From assembly GCA_040389905.1 (NCBI GenBank), contig JAZJZK010000020.1, positions 64,001 to 128,000 on the forward strand: 64,000 nt of DNA, written 5' to 3'. Source of the DNA: Gemmatimonadota bacterium (GTDB taxonomy: Bacteria > Gemmatimonadota > Gemmatimonadetes > Gemmatimonadales > Gemmatimonadaceae). This document shows, piece after piece, positions 49,825 to 60,379 of this stretch. The notes beneath the pieces are model-generated. The model did no database searches, was not told where the DNA came from, and saw only the letters and a program-made list of their open reading frames with translations. Numbering within the stretch: the first letter of the stretch is position 1; each line of letters starts with the position of its first letter. The position numbers were made by a program, and so were the translations under genes.

Positions 49825-50082
49825 TGTGTCTCCATATTGCGCCGGACACGTTCGTCCGGCAACCGCCAAACGGCTTGTGTCTCGATGTGCATACCGTGAG
49901 GTTAAGCATAGCGGGCTCAGGAAAGTGGTTGATCCGCTTGGCGGGGGGCCTTCGTCACCGTGGCTTTGTGACGATGGGTTCGTTGGAGAGGGGCACCATC
50001 TTTGCCCCTGTTGCACATGACGCCGTCAAATTCGCGGCGCATGGACTCGACCTCAGTTGCGGTTTGACCGCGGGACTGAACG

Positions 50083-53000
50083 ATGACCCGTTTCGCTCCC
50101 CGCTCTGCAATGCTCGCGGCGTTGCTCGGCGCGCTCCTTCTCGGACTCCCTGGTAGCGGGGGAGCACAGTATTTCGGACGCAACAAGGTCCAATACGAGC
50201 GCTTCAATTTCAGTATCATGCGCACGCAGCACTTCGACCTGTATTTCTATCCGGCGGAGTCGCTCGTCACGAAGGATGCAGGTCGCATGGCGGAGCGCTG
50301 GTATACGCGCCACTCCGACAGCTTCCGTCACACCTTCGACCGAAAGTCGGTCGTGTTCTATGCGGACCAGCCTGACTTTCAGCAGACGAATGTCGTCGGC
50401 GAGGAGCTCACGGAGGGAACCGGCGGTGTGACGGAGGGCCTTCGCACGCGCGTCGTGATGCCATTCACCGGCATCTACGCCGACAATGATCACGTGCTCG
50501 GCCATGAGCTCGTGCACGTGTTCCAGTACAGCGTCGCTGAAGCCGGGCCCGGCGGCCTCCAACGGCTCAACGCGCTTCCACTCTGGCTCATCGAAGGCAT
50601 GGCGGAGTATTTCTCGCTCGGCCGCGACAACGCCTTGACCGCCATGTGGCTGCGCGACGCCGCCGAGCGGGAAAAGCTGCCGACCATTCATCAGCTGAAT
50701 ACCGATCCTCGATTCTTCCCGTACCGTTACGGCCAGGCACTCTGGGCCTATGTTGGCGGCCGGTGGGGAGATCGCGCGGTCGTGGACGTGTACCGCACCG
50801 CGCTGCGCGTCGGCTTCGAGGATGGCATTCGGCGCGTGCTCGGCGTGAATACCGATTCGCTGTCGAAGGATTGGATTGCGGCAACGCGCCGTGCCTACCT
50901 GCCGGTGCTCGAAGGTCGGACGCGCCCCAATCAGGCTGGCGATCCGATCCTCCAGATCGACCGGAAGAGCGGCGAGATGAATCTCGCGCCGACCGTGAGC
51001 CCCGACGGCAAGCTGGTTGCCTTCTTCGCGCGTCGCGGCCTGTTCGAGATCGAACTCTTCGTCGCCGATGCGACGACGGGCCGCACGATCAAGAAGCTTG
51101 CGGGACCCACGAGCAACTCGCACTTCGACGCGATCACGTTCATCTCGTCATCGGGCGCGTGGTCGCCGGACAACAAGAAGTTCGTGTTCATCGCGCAGTC
51201 CGCGGGCAATCACGAGTTGGCGGTGCTGGATGTCGAATCGGGCAACATCGATCGCCGCATTCAGGTGCCGAACATCGGCGCCATCTCGAATGTGGCCTGG
51301 TCGCCCGACGGCAATACGATCGCATTCTCCGGACAGCAAGGCGGACTGTCGGATCTCTACCTGATCGACGTGAACGGCGGCACGGTGCGGCAGCTCACGA
51401 ATGACCGATACGCCGACATCCAGCCAACCTGGTCGCCGGATAGCAAGCGCATCGCGTTCTCGACGGACCGCGGGCCGACGACGAACTTCGAGACGATGGT
51501 GTTCTCGGACCTGCAGCTCGCCTCGGTCGAAATTGCGACTGGACGGGTCACGGTGTACCCGGGCTTCGCGCACGGCAAGCACCTGAATCCGCAGTATTCA
51601 CCTGATGGCAAGGACCTGTTTTTCATCAGCGATCAGGACGGATTCTGCGACATCTACCGCCTCGAGATCGCCACGAATGCAATGTCGCGCGTGACGCGGT
51701 TGTCGACCGGCGTGAGCGGCATTACGGCGACCTCTCCGGCACTCACCGTCGCCCCGTCATCTGGACGGATGCTCTTTTCCGTCTTCGAAGATCAGGGTTA
51801 TGCGGTGTACGCGCTCGATGCGTCACGCACGCGCGGCGAGCCGATGACACCGGGCGTGGCGGTCGCGTCGGCGGGCATTCTGCCGCCCGGCGATACCCCT
51901 GGCCGCGCGACGGTGACGAATTACCTGAAGGATCCCGTCTCGGGACTGGCTTCAGGAACCGACTTCACGGTCGGTAGCTACCACTCGTCATTCTCGCTCG
52001 ATGCCGTCGGCCAGCCGCAGCTTGGCGTATCCGCCGGTGGCCCCTTCGGTACGGGGGTGCAGGGTGGCGTGTCGTTCCTGTTCGGCGACCAGTTGAGCGA
52101 CCGGCAGATCGGCGTGGCAGTCCAGGCCAACGGACAGGTCCAGGACATCGGCGGACAAGTGCAGTACGTCAATCTCCGGAATCGATGGAACTGGGGGCTT
52201 ACCGCCTCGCACATTCCGTATCAGTTCGGACAGTACGGCAACTACATCCCGACCAACGGATTGTATCAGCAGGATCTCTACATCACGCGCCAGTTCTACG
52301 ATCAGTTGGGGGTCAACACTGCGTACCCGTTCTCGGCCACCAAGCGGATCGAGTTCTCCGCGTCGGCAAACCACATTGGGTACAGCACGCAGATCCTGAG
52401 CGTCCTGTACGATCAGTTCGGCAATCCGGTACAGCAGCAGGTGCAGAACATCCCTTCGTATCCGTCTGTGACGTTCGGCGCCGGAAGCATCGCGTATGTC
52501 AGCGACAATTCCTACTCGGCGTTCACGAATCCCATTCAAGGTGCGCGTTCGCGTTTCGAGTTCGCACCGACGGTGGGCACGCTCACGTACAATGCGCTGC
52601 TCGCTGACGTGCGAAAGTACTTTTTCGCGCGGCCGTTCACGTTCGCGTTCCGCGGACTGCACTACGGGCGCTATGGGCGTAGCGCGGAAGACTCCACCCG
52701 TATGTATCCGCTCTTTCTCGGCGAGGAGTATTTCATGCGCGGGTATAGCTGGGGGTCGCTCGAGTCGTCGGAGTGCGGCCAGAATAGCTGCCCCGTGATC
52801 GACCGTCTCTTTGGAAGCAAGATCGCCATGGTGAGTGCGGAATTCCGCATCCCGGTGCTCGGCGTGCCGGAATACGGGTTGATCAACTTCCCGTATCTAC
52901 CGCTGACGGTGTCGCCGTTCATCGATGCCGGCGAGGCGTGGAAAACCAACGAGCCATTCTCGCTCAGCACCAATCAGAGCAATACGCGAATTCCAGTGGT

Positions 53001-53127
53001 CAGCACGGGCGTCTCGGCGCGAGTGAACCTGCTCGGCTATGCTGTCTTCGAGGCGTACATCGCGCATCCGTTCCAGCGGCCCGGCAAGGGTTGGATCTGG
53101 GGACTTCAGTTGATGCCGGGTTGGTAA
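50083..53127 (+). CDS. Outer-membrane protein: zinc peptidase-like domain + PD40/TolB-like propeller + Omp85/BamA-like barrel
   Basis: Signal peptide, QYFGRNKVQY, HELVH...PLWLIEGMAEY, repeated WSPDG, SAEFRIP, terminal W. Confidence 0.85.
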   Translation: MTRFAPRSAMLAALLGALLLGLPGSGGAQYFGRNKVQYERFNFSIMRTQHFDLYFYPAESLVTKDAGRMAERWYTRHSDSFRHTFDRKSVVFYADQPDFQQTNVVGEELTEGTGGVTEGLRTRVVMPFTGIYADNDHVLGHELVHVFQYSVAEAGPGGLQRLNALPLWLIEGMAEYFSLGRDNALTAMWLRDAAEREKLPTIHQLNTDPRFFPYRYGQALWAYVGGRWGDRAVVDVYRTALRVGFEDGIRRVLGVNTDSLSKDWIAATRRAYLPVLEGRTRPNQAGDPILQIDRKSGEMNLAPTVSPDGKLVAFFARRGLFEIELFVADATTGRTIKKLAGPTSNSHFDAITFISSSGAWSPDNKKFVFIAQSAGNHELAVLDVESGNIDRRIQVPNIGAISNVAWSPDGNTIAFSGQQGGLSDLYLIDVNGGTVRQLTNDRYADIQPTWSPDSKRIAFSTDRGPTTNFETMVFSDLQLASVEIATGRVTVYPGFAHGKHLNPQYSPDGKDLFFISDQDGFCDIYRLEIATNAMSRVTRLSTGVSGITATSPALTVAPSSGRMLFSVFEDQGYAVYALDASRTRGEPMTPGVAVASAGILPPGDTPGRATVTNYLKDPVSGLASGTDFTVGSYHSSFSLDAVGQPQLGVSAGGPFGTGVQGGVSFLFGDQLSDRQIGVAVQANGQVQDIGGQVQYVNLRNRWNWGLTASHIPYQFGQYGNYIPTNGLYQQDLYITRQFYDQLGVNTAYPFSATKRIEFSASANHIGYSTQILSVLYDQFGNPVQQQVQNIPSYPSVTFGAGSIAYVSDNSYSAFTNPIQGARSRFEFAPTVGTLTYNALLADVRKYFFARPFTFAFRGLHYGRYGRSAEDSTRMYPLFLGEEYFMRGYSWGSLESSECGQNSCPVIDRLFGSKIAMVSAEFRIPVLGVPEYGLINFPYLPLTVSPFIDAGEAWKTNEPFSLSTNQSNTRIPVVSTGVSARVNLLGYAVFEAYIAHPFQRPGKGWIWGLQLMPGW

Positions 53128-53151
53128 GACTCGGCTGGGGCTTGTGAGTGC

Positions 53152-53179
53152 AAAGGGCTCGCCGAAAGGCGGGCCCTTT
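53152..53179 (+). terminator. Probable intrinsic terminator
   Basis: aaagggctcgcc-gaaa-ggcgggcccttt, 25 nt after the stop. Confidence 0.7.
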
Positions 53180-53219
53180 CGCTTGCACGCTCGTTCAAGA
53201 AGAACGGTGCACCGGAACA

Positions 53220-53324
53220 TTGAACGCGGATTGGGCGGATTCTGAACTCCAAAAACTCGATAAAGCCATTTTGATAACGCTTGATCGGATTTGATCCGCT
53301 TCAATCGGCTCAATCCGCGTTCAA
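53220..53324. repeat. (gcggatt)-type inverted repeat
   Basis: ttgaacgcggattg (53220-53233) is the exact reverse complement of caatccgcgttcaa (53311-53324). Confidence 0.75.
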
Positions 53325-53388
53325 ATGTGCTGGTGGGGTCGCATCCGATGCGATTCCATAGGATGCCGGTGAGCGGAGCAAACAGCAC

Positions 53389-53425
53389 GTGCAGGCCCTT
53401 CGCTACGCTCAAGGGCGACAAAACG
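53389..53425. repeat. R1 palindromic unit
   Basis: gtgcaggcccttcgctacgctcaagggcgacaaaacg, one nt longer than the wspC copy. Confidence 0.85.
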
Positions 53426-53432
53426 TGCGGAG

Positions 53433-55733
53433 CTACTTAAGCCCGTAGAGCGCTCGGTAGATCGCGGCATTCCGCGTCACCAGACGCACGTAGTCGCGTG
53501 TTTCGGTGAACGGAATCCACTCCGTAAACAGCTCGTCATCGTCCGATCCGGGGCGCGCAACCCAACGAGTCACGCGTGACGCCCCGGCATTGTATGCCGC
53601 CAGCGCCCGCTCGACCGGCGTGCCGCGGCGAAGACTCGACGCAAGGTGCGACGTCCCAAGCTCGAGGCTCACGTCGGGCTCGAACAAGAGGGCCGTATTC
53701 CAGAGCGGGTAGCGACGTGCCGACGCGATGGATGCGCCGACAGCCGGCAGTAGTTGCATCAACCCGCGCGCATTCGCCGGCGAGAGCGCTCGGGGATTCC
53801 AGCTCGACTCCTGACGGATGAGCCCCGCGACGAGCGCGGGATCGAGCTGATTGCGCCGCGCCTCCTCGATCAGCGCATCCTCGTGCACCACGGGATAGGC
53901 GGCGCGATACAGCGCGGCACTCGACGTGCCGCGCTCGATCGCCGCGAGTGCGATTCGCAGCGCACGTGCCGGTTCGCCGACCGTGGCGAGCGCGGCGCAC
54001 ACGGCAGCGGCCAGGGTGGGCGTTTTTTCCCCGGATTCGGCCAGCGCATCGATTTCAAAACGCGTCTCGACGTCCATGCCGAGCGTCCGAAGCGCGGCGA
54101 TGCGCGCGACGGCGCTGTCCACGGCGGCGATGCCCCGCGCGGTGTCGGAACCTGTTGGGGGAGCCCACTCCGCAGCGCCGAGCCGGCGGGACGCGAGAAT
54201 ACCGTAATAGCTGAGCGGCGCGTTGCGACTAATGGTCGTCCAGCGTTGATCAGCGTCACCTTTACGTCCGAGCTTCTCGTACGCGCGGCCCGCCCAGTAA
54301 CGGGCGGCCGTGACTTCGTCGTCGTTCGGATAATTCGCGACCAGCGAATCGAATCGCTGCGCCGCCGCTGCCGGCGACGCACCCCACTCGATCAGGCCAA
54401 GACGAAACGCCGCGAGCGGCGCCTGTGCGGCGTTGCGGTAACCTGCGAGCAACTCACGGAGCGTTGCGGCTGCGGAGTCGGTGTTTCCCTCGTCGATCTG
54501 GAGGTCGGCGAGTAGCAAGAGCGCCGGCGCCCCAGCGTTGCGAGACGACGCGAACTGCGTGGCCACGGAGCGGAGTGCCTCCCGAGCGCCGGTGCCGTCG
54601 CCTGCCTGCAGCAGCATGCGCGCGCGCTGATAGGCGGCCGCCGGCGCGAGCGCGGGATCGCCGCTGATCGTCGCATACATGCGAGCAGCTTCTGCGGCGC
54701 GCCCGGCTTTCACCAGCGAAGTCGCGTACGTCATGCGGTCCTGGGCGCTCAGTTCCGCTACCGTGGACGCACGCTTGAAGCCAGCGATTGCGCGTGTCGT
54801 GACGCCCGCGGTCGCGGCCGCGCGCGCGACGACCACCTCATCCGCGACTGGCAGTTGGCCAAGTGAATCGAGTACAGCGAGCGCCTGACGAATCGTCGCA
54901 GCGCGCGACGATTGCTTGAGATAACTCACGATGCGAGTCGAGAGCGCCGCTCGCGCCGCATCGTCGCGAGCGGCAAGCCCCTCGACGCGAAATGCGGAGC
55001 CGTCATCTCCTGCACGACGGAATGCCTGTGCCGCACCAACAAAGTCTCCCGCGCGCTCGCGCGCCTGGGCGTCGGTTGCCGTGATGCGGGCCTTTGCTGC
55101 GTGGCCCGTGACGCGCGCGAACAGTGCGAGGCGCAGCGCACTGTCGCCGGTCACGCCCGCCGCGCGCAAGCGAAGCCAGTCGGCGACGCGAGGCAGTCGT
55201 GCGGCGGCGGCGAGGTAGTATGTCGAAGCGCTGTCGCGCTGCCCGGCGCGGTCATACGCGCGGGCGAGCAACACCCCGCGCGTCACTCGGCTCGGCCCAT
55301 CGGTTCCGTGCGCCAGCGCGAGGCGCGCATCGGGGAGTGCATCGGTGCCACGGTCGAGCGCACTCCGCGCGAGTAGTTCCCTTCCCTCTCCGCCGAACTG
55401 CGTGTCGAGCCACGGTGCGTCACGGAGCACGCGATCGACTTCGCTCCAGCCGTCCCACGCCGCGGCGGCGCGCGCCGCGGCGAGACGCAACTCAGGCGAC
55501 GCCGTTGCCGGGCTCGCTACCTTCGCTGCGACCAGCGCCGTCGCACGCCATGCCCGTCCCGCACGCACGAGCGAGTCCGCGCGCTGCGCAAGCGTATCCG
55601 CCTGCAGCGATGCGTTGGCGGCGTTCGCGAGGTCTACGTCGCCCCCGGATTGGAGCGCACCCGCACTGCTGCCGGATCCGCAGCCAGCGGCTGTGCAAAG
55701 CAGCGCGAACAAAAGGCATCGGAGTCGATTCAT
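53433..55733 (-). CDS. Soluble lytic transglycosylase (Slt70-like) lipoprotein with TPR superhelix
   Basis: Lipobox AAGC, IRQESSWNP, GLMQL, AYNAG, IPFTETRDYV. Confidence 0.92.
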   Translation of the reverse strand: MNRLRCLLFALLCTAAGCGSGSSAGALQSGGDVDLANAANASLQADTLAQRADSLVRAGRAWRATALVAAKVASPATASPELRLAAARAAAAWDGWSEVDRVLRDAPWLDTQFGGEGRELLARSALDRGTDALPDARLALAHGTDGPSRVTRGVLLARAYDRAGQRDSASTYYLAAAARLPRVADWLRLRAAGVTGDSALRLALFARVTGHAAKARITATDAQARERAGDFVGAAQAFRRAGDDGSAFRVEGLAARDDAARAALSTRIVSYLKQSSRAATIRQALAVLDSLGQLPVADEVVVARAAATAGVTTRAIAGFKRASTVAELSAQDRMTYATSLVKAGRAAEAARMYATISGDPALAPAAAYQRARMLLQAGDGTGAREALRSVATQFASSRNAGAPALLLLADLQIDEGNTDSAAATLRELLAGYRNAAQAPLAAFRLGLIEWGASPAAAAQRFDSLVANYPNDDEVTAARYWAGRAYEKLGRKGDADQRWTTISRNAPLSYYGILASRRLGAAEWAPPTGSDTARGIAAVDSAVARIAALRTLGMDVETRFEIDALAESGEKTPTLAAAVCAALATVGEPARALRIALAAIERGTSSAALYRAAYPVVHEDALIEEARRNQLDPALVAGLIRQESSWNPRALSPANARGLMQLLPAVGASIASARRYPLWNTALLFEPDVSLELGTSHLASSLRRGTPVERALAAYNAGASRVTRWVARPGSDDDELFTEWIPFTETRDYVRLVTRNAAIYRALYGLK

Positions 55734-55798
55734 GCCATCGACAATGTCACGGTTCGTGCCACCGTGCGCACGATGTCATCCCGAGTGAAGTCGAGGGA

Positions 55799-57970
55799 TT
55801 ACTGGCTCGCTGCCGCACTACGCGGCGTGTCGCCCTGCAGCCAATAGGCGAACCATTGCCGCAGGCGGCCGAGTCGGTCGACGAGCAGCCAGGGCTCACC
55901 GGAGCGAGACAGTTCGTGCGTCGAGCGCGGATAGCGAACGAGCTCCACGGGTACGTTCTGCTTCTTGAGTGCGACGTACCAGAGTTCGGCGTTGCCCATC
56001 GGTGTCCGAAAATCCTCTTCCGACTGTACCATCAACGTGGGTGTGCGCACTTTCGTCACATGGCGGATCGGCGAGAGCTCGTCGTACATCTTGAAGTTGT
56101 CCCACGGCTTGCCGTAGAACTCGAACTCGGTGAGCCCCTGCGCATCGGATGCGCCGTACCAGTACGTCCAGTCGCTGATCATGCGATCGGTCTGCGCAGC
56201 CTTGAAGCGATTCGTCTTCGTCGTGATCCAGGCAGTCATGAATCCGCCGTACGATCCGCCGGTCACGCCCATCTTGGTGGAATCGATTTCCGGACGCACG
56301 GACACGAGGTCGACTGCCTTCATCAGGTCCTGATAGTCTTCGGCGCCCCAGCGTCCGCGCGTTGAATACGTGAAGTCGGCTCCATAGCCGCTCGAACCGC
56401 GCGGATTGGTGAACAGCACGTACATCCCCTGCGCAGCGAGATTCTGGAATTCGTCGAACCAGTTTTCACCGTAGGCGGAGTGCGGTCCGCCGTGAATGTA
56501 GAGGACGACCGGATACTTCTTGCCTGCTTGATAGCCGTATGGCCTCATCAGCCAACTCTCGATCTCAAGCCCGCCGACCGATTTGAATGTGAAGCGCTCG
56601 GCGTCGCTGAATGCGACTGTACTCGTGAGCTTGTCGTTGAAGCTCGTGATGCGCCGCTCGTTCTTTCCATCGGCGTCTGCGATGTAGAGTTCGGTGGGTT
56701 TCGTCATGCTCGTCGCAACAAACGCGACTTTCTTTCCGGCGCCGTCGTAGCTGAATCCGCTCATGCGCCGACGGCCACCGAGCAGCTGCGTGGCCTGCTT
56801 CGTATCCGTGTTGAGCTTGAAGAGCCCGCTGCTGCCACCGACCTCAGCGTTGAATTGCAGGCTGCCGTCTGGGAGCCAGTCGAGGCCCGCCGGCTCGTAC
56901 TTGAACGACGGCGCCAGCACATTCGCCGGCGTGGCGCCGTTGGGATCGACGAGATAGATCGTGGCAGACGCGATGCGCGTCGCACGGCCGATGAAGGCGA
57001 GGCGTTTCGAGTCCGGTGACCAGGTCAAGTTGCCCTCGCCACCCATCCAGCGCGCGACGCGGCGCGGGGCGCCGCCATCCGCGCTGATGACGAAGATGTC
57101 AACGTCGTTGCGCGGCGCTTCGTCGCGCTTCGCATCATACGGCAGGAAGGCGAGCGAATCAGCTTCGCGCTGCGCGAGGGAGTCGGAACGCAATTCGGCG
57201 TCGGCCGTGAAGGCGATCCACTTGCCGTCGGGACTCACCGTCGCGCCGCGATGCGAGTACGGGGTGCGGGTGATCTGCTTTTTCTCGGAACCGTCGAAGG
57301 CTTGGACCCAGATCTGCGCCGGGTGGTAGGCGCGTGCTTCCTTCGGCGAGGGAACGTAGCCTCGGTCGTTCGACTTGAACACCATGTCGGTGATGTGGCG
57401 TCCGTCGAAGCGGGCCGCGTCTGCCGGTTTGGTAATCGCGCCAAAGGGCGGGCGGGCCATCGGCAGCATCTTGCCGTAGATGTCGCGCCGCATCGCGCCG
57501 GAATCCGGTGAGAGCGCTGTGTCCGATTCGGTCCAGACGGCGAAGCGATGATCGGCCGGCATCGACCCCGACGGATACGTCTCGAGCTGCGTTGCCTCGC
57601 CGCTGGGCTGGTCCATCCTGATGGCCCAGGTGCTTCCTTTTCCGCCTGGACGGTTCGAGGTGAAGAACAGGTACCTGCCGTCGGGCGACCAACGCGGGGC
57701 GCTGCTCTCGGTCCCCGGCGAGGTGAGACGCATCGGCTCGCCGCCCGAGGTGGCAGCGACCCAGACTTCGCTGTGCCGCTTGCCTTCAGATTCGCGGACG
57801 GTGGTGACCGTGAAGGCGACCTTGTCGCCCGCTGGCGACGTCGCGGGCGAGCTCAGCGTCGTGAGCTTGTACCAGTCAGCGACCTGAAACGCGCGCGGCG
57901 TGGTGCCCTGCGCGAATGCGGGAGTAGCGCCGACGATCAGAAGCAGCGCGGCGCGAGCGGAGGAGTGCAT
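55799..57970 (-). CDS. Secreted S9 family (acylaminoacyl/dipeptidyl) peptidase
   Basis: Signal peptide, WSPDG propeller repeats, IHGGP, GGSYGG, EDFR, HEL. Confidence 0.92.
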   Translation of the reverse strand: MHSSARAALLLIVGATPAFAQGTTPRAFQVADWYKLTTLSSPATSPAGDKVAFTVTTVRESEGKRHSEVWVAATSGGEPMRLTSPGTESSAPRWSPDGRYLFFTSNRPGGKGSTWAIRMDQPSGEATQLETYPSGSMPADHRFAVWTESDTALSPDSGAMRRDIYGKMLPMARPPFGAITKPADAARFDGRHITDMVFKSNDRGYVPSPKEARAYHPAQIWVQAFDGSEKKQITRTPYSHRGATVSPDGKWIAFTADAELRSDSLAQREADSLAFLPYDAKRDEAPRNDVDIFVISADGGAPRRVARWMGGEGNLTWSPDSKRLAFIGRATRIASATIYLVDPNGATPANVLAPSFKYEPAGLDWLPDGSLQFNAEVGGSSGLFKLNTDTKQATQLLGGRRRMSGFSYDGAGKKVAFVATSMTKPTELYIADADGKNERRITSFNDKLTSTVAFSDAERFTFKSVGGLEIESWLMRPYGYQAGKKYPVVLYIHGGPHSAYGENWFDEFQNLAAQGMYVLFTNPRGSSGYGADFTYSTRGRWGAEDYQDLMKAVDLVSVRPEIDSTKMGVTGGSYGGFMTAWITTKTNRFKAAQTDRMISDWTYWYGASDAQGLTEFEFYGKPWDNFKMYDELSPIRHVTKVRTPTLMVQSEEDFRTPMGNAELWYVALKKQNVPVELVRYPRSTHELSRSGEPWLLVDRLGRLRQWFAYWLQGDTPRSAAASQ

Positions 57971-58207
57971 CGGAACCTCGATGGAGGGATCACGGCGCCA
58001 CGGCGTCTGGCGTGACTCCCTCAAATATGCAGGCCGAGGCGCACCGGCACTACGCCAGCGATCTACGATGCTCGACCTCGCGAGGGCGAACGCACAAATG
58101 GGCCGGCACGAATGCCGACCCATCTGTGGTCGCTCGGGTTCATGCAAGTGCGCCCCACCAGCGCCCAGACATTCCCCCTTGCTATCTATTGCTACACACC
58201 AACCGTA

Positions 58208-58714
58208 CTACGCGTTGGGTTTCCGTACTGCTGCCGCGCGCCGCGCCAGCTTGCCGCGCACAATCTTCGCCTGCCTCGCGCGTACGCGGGAAACTTTCTG
58301 CACGTTCGCGTCGAATACTTTCTGATTCTCGGCGGAAAGCGCCGCGCGCATCTCGCCCGCTTGCTGGACCATCAGCGCTCGGGTCTTCTGCTGACCTTCC
58401 CTCGCCTGTTGGATGAGCGTCCGCGCGCCCGCCGTGTCACCCTTCTGCCGCAGCGCACGCGCCTCGAGTAGCGTAGGCTTGAGCGCCTCGCGGGAAGCCT
58501 TCGCCTCTGCACGGTACTTCGCGTTCACTTCCTTCAGCTTCGTCTTCTCGTCAGCGCTGAGATTCAGTCCGCGAAGCAGGCCGCGCGCCGGGCCCTTGGC
58601 GTGACGCGCCTGAGCCGTTCGCGCGACTCCCGTCGAGGACGCCTGCGCGCCCGCAATGGATGCAGTGGCAACGAGTGACGAAAGCACGAATGCTGTAATG
58701 CGAAACCTGTTCAT
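58208..58714 (-). CDS. Spy/CpxP-like periplasmic chaperone
   Basis: Signal peptide, LNLSADEK and ALSAENQ (LTxxQ-like) motifs, basic and helical. Confidence 0.75.
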   Translation of the reverse strand: MNRFRITAFVLSSLVATASIAGAQASSTGVARTAQARHAKGPARGLLRGLNLSADEKTKLKEVNAKYRAEAKASREALKPTLLEARALRQKGDTAGARTLIQQAREGQQKTRALMVQQAGEMRAALSAENQKVFDANVQKVSRVRARQAKIVRGKLARRAAAVRKPNA

Positions 58715-58783
58715 CTATTCCTCCAGTGAGTTGTCGCGCACCCTCGCGCGCTCACATGGGAAGACGGCTGAATTCGGAACGCG

Positions 58784-59167
58784 TTAAGGACCCACGTACG
58801 CGACGGCACTGATCTCGACGAGAATATCACGGAGTTCCACACCGACGGCCGTACGACTCGGAAACGGACTCGAGAAGAACTCCGTGTACACAGAGTTCAT
58901 CGTTGCCCAGTCATCGACGTTCGTGAGGTAAATGATGACACTGACGACGTCCTGCATCGTCGCCCCGGCTTCTGCGAGGATGCGTTGTACGTTAGACAGC
59001 GTCTGTCGCGTTTGCGTTGCCACATCGGTGCCGACGAGTTCTCCCGTGGCCTGGTCGCGCGGCGTCTGTCCACTGACGTAGATGAAATCTCCAGCGCGCA
59101 CAGCTGGGCTGTAGGGGCCCTTCGGCGGCGGAACGTCAGCGAGCGAAATCGATTTCCAGTGTGCCAT
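58784..59167 (-). CDS. RidA/YjgF family imine deaminase
   Basis: GPYSPAV, VSGQ, NSVYTEFF, PSRTAV, VEISAVA; start may extend to 59188. Confidence 0.9.
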   Translation of the reverse strand: MAHWKSISLADVPPPKGPYSPAVRAGDFIYVSGQTPRDQATGELVGTDVATQTRQTLSNVQRILAEAGATMQDVVSVIIYLTNVDDWATMNSVYTEFFSSPFPSRTAVGVELRDILVEISAVAYVGP

Positions 59168-59212
59168 TTGAGAGGTGTACGCGCGCACCCGCTCCGGTGT
59201 TGCGGCTCGCGA

Positions 59213-59950
59213 TCAGCGCACGCCGAGACCCACGACGACGCGCACGAACGGACCGCCCGCCGAGGCGTCGGGACCGGTGAGCACCGGTCGCCCGTCAGTC
59301 GACCACGTTGTTCGATTGGGCGCGATCAGGTAGCCGCCTCGGACGCCGAACACGACGCCGGCAGGGCTGCCCGTACCTCGCGTGATCAGGAAGTCTGCTC
59401 CACCACCCACACTGTAGAGCAAGTGGTTGCCCGCCACCACCGAGGACGCGCCCGGATTCGCGGCGACCTCGGCAAACGTTGGCTGCGATGTGGTCACTGC
59501 GGCTCCACCACTCCGGTCACGCAACGTGATGTCGATTCGCCCGACGCCGACGCCCAGTGTTGGAAACAGATTCATGCGCTTCGTGGCAACCAGGTTGTAC
59601 GAAGCGGTCCCGAGGAACTGCATCGCGTTCAGGTCGTCGGAGCGTCCACTGCTGGTGCCTTCCTCGCCATAGGTTGTTTTCGCGACGTCCACCCCGAGCA
59701 ATGCTCGGCCGAGTGCCACGTATCCGTTCGCACCATAGCTGATGCCGTCGTTGGACAATCCGGAAAAGCGCGCCGTGGTGAGCACGCCGTTCAGCGCATC
59801 GACGGACATGGTCGTCGCGCCAGTGGTGAACACGACGGCGTGGAAGCCCTGGCCTTGGGACGCCGTGCTCAGGAGAGCGATGAGTAATCCGCTGCCGAGG
59901 CAAGCGTGGCGAGATGACGACATGTGCAATGACAGAGACATAGTGCTCAC
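59213..59950 (-). CDS. Hypothetical exported protein, probable small outer-membrane beta-barrel
   Basis: Signal-like N-terminus, Gly-rich alternating strands, ends GPFVRVVVGLGVR; start uncertain. Confidence 0.6.
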   Translation of the reverse strand: MSTMSLSLHMSSSRHACLGSGLLIALLSTASQGQGFHAVVFTTGATTMSVDALNGVLTTARFSGLSNDGISYGANGYVALGRALLGVDVAKTTYGEEGTSSGRSDDLNAMQFLGTASYNLVATKRMNLFPTLGVGVGRIDITLRDRSGGAAVTTSQPTFAEVAANPGASSVVAGNHLLYSVGGGADFLITRGTGSPAGVVFGVRGGYLIAPNRTTWSTDGRPVLTGPDASAGGPFVRVVVGLGVR

Positions 59951-60056
59951 CGCGATTAGGACTGAGTCGGAGTCTCGGTCGCATTGACGAAAACGTGAGT
60001 TCGGTTGCTCGCCGGCATCGAGTCGGTCGCTCAGGATGGTGTCGATGCCATTTCCA

Positions 60057-60275
60057 CCACAAAGGACGCAGAGGAACAGAGGAGCGCAGAGGTAGTTCGT
60101 AACAGCACGTGCAGACCCCTCCCTTCGTCGCTTGCGCTCCTCGAGGGCAGGCTGCTTCGGTCGCTCGGGGTGACAATGGGTTCACGCTCGTTAGTCGCTG
60201 AGCGTAACGAAGGCCCGCACCCATCAGTTCCGAAGTCCCCTCTGCGTCCCTCTGCGCCTCCGCGCCCTCTGCGGT
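60057..60275. repeat. Composite palindrome: (gcagagg)n / (ctctgcg)n arms enclosing degenerate R1-like units
   Basis: gacgcagaggaacagaggagcgcagagg faces ctctgcgtccctctgcgcctccgcgccctctgcgg; inner gtcgctgagcgtaacgaaggcccgcac. Confidence 0.65.
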
Positions 60276-60379
60276 AAGAACGACAGCGCCACTGTACTCA
60301 TCACGGCTGCTGACGTGATAACAAATCCTGACCACTCAAGCCCCTTTCGTATCACGGTGAGCCACACCAGAATCGGGGC

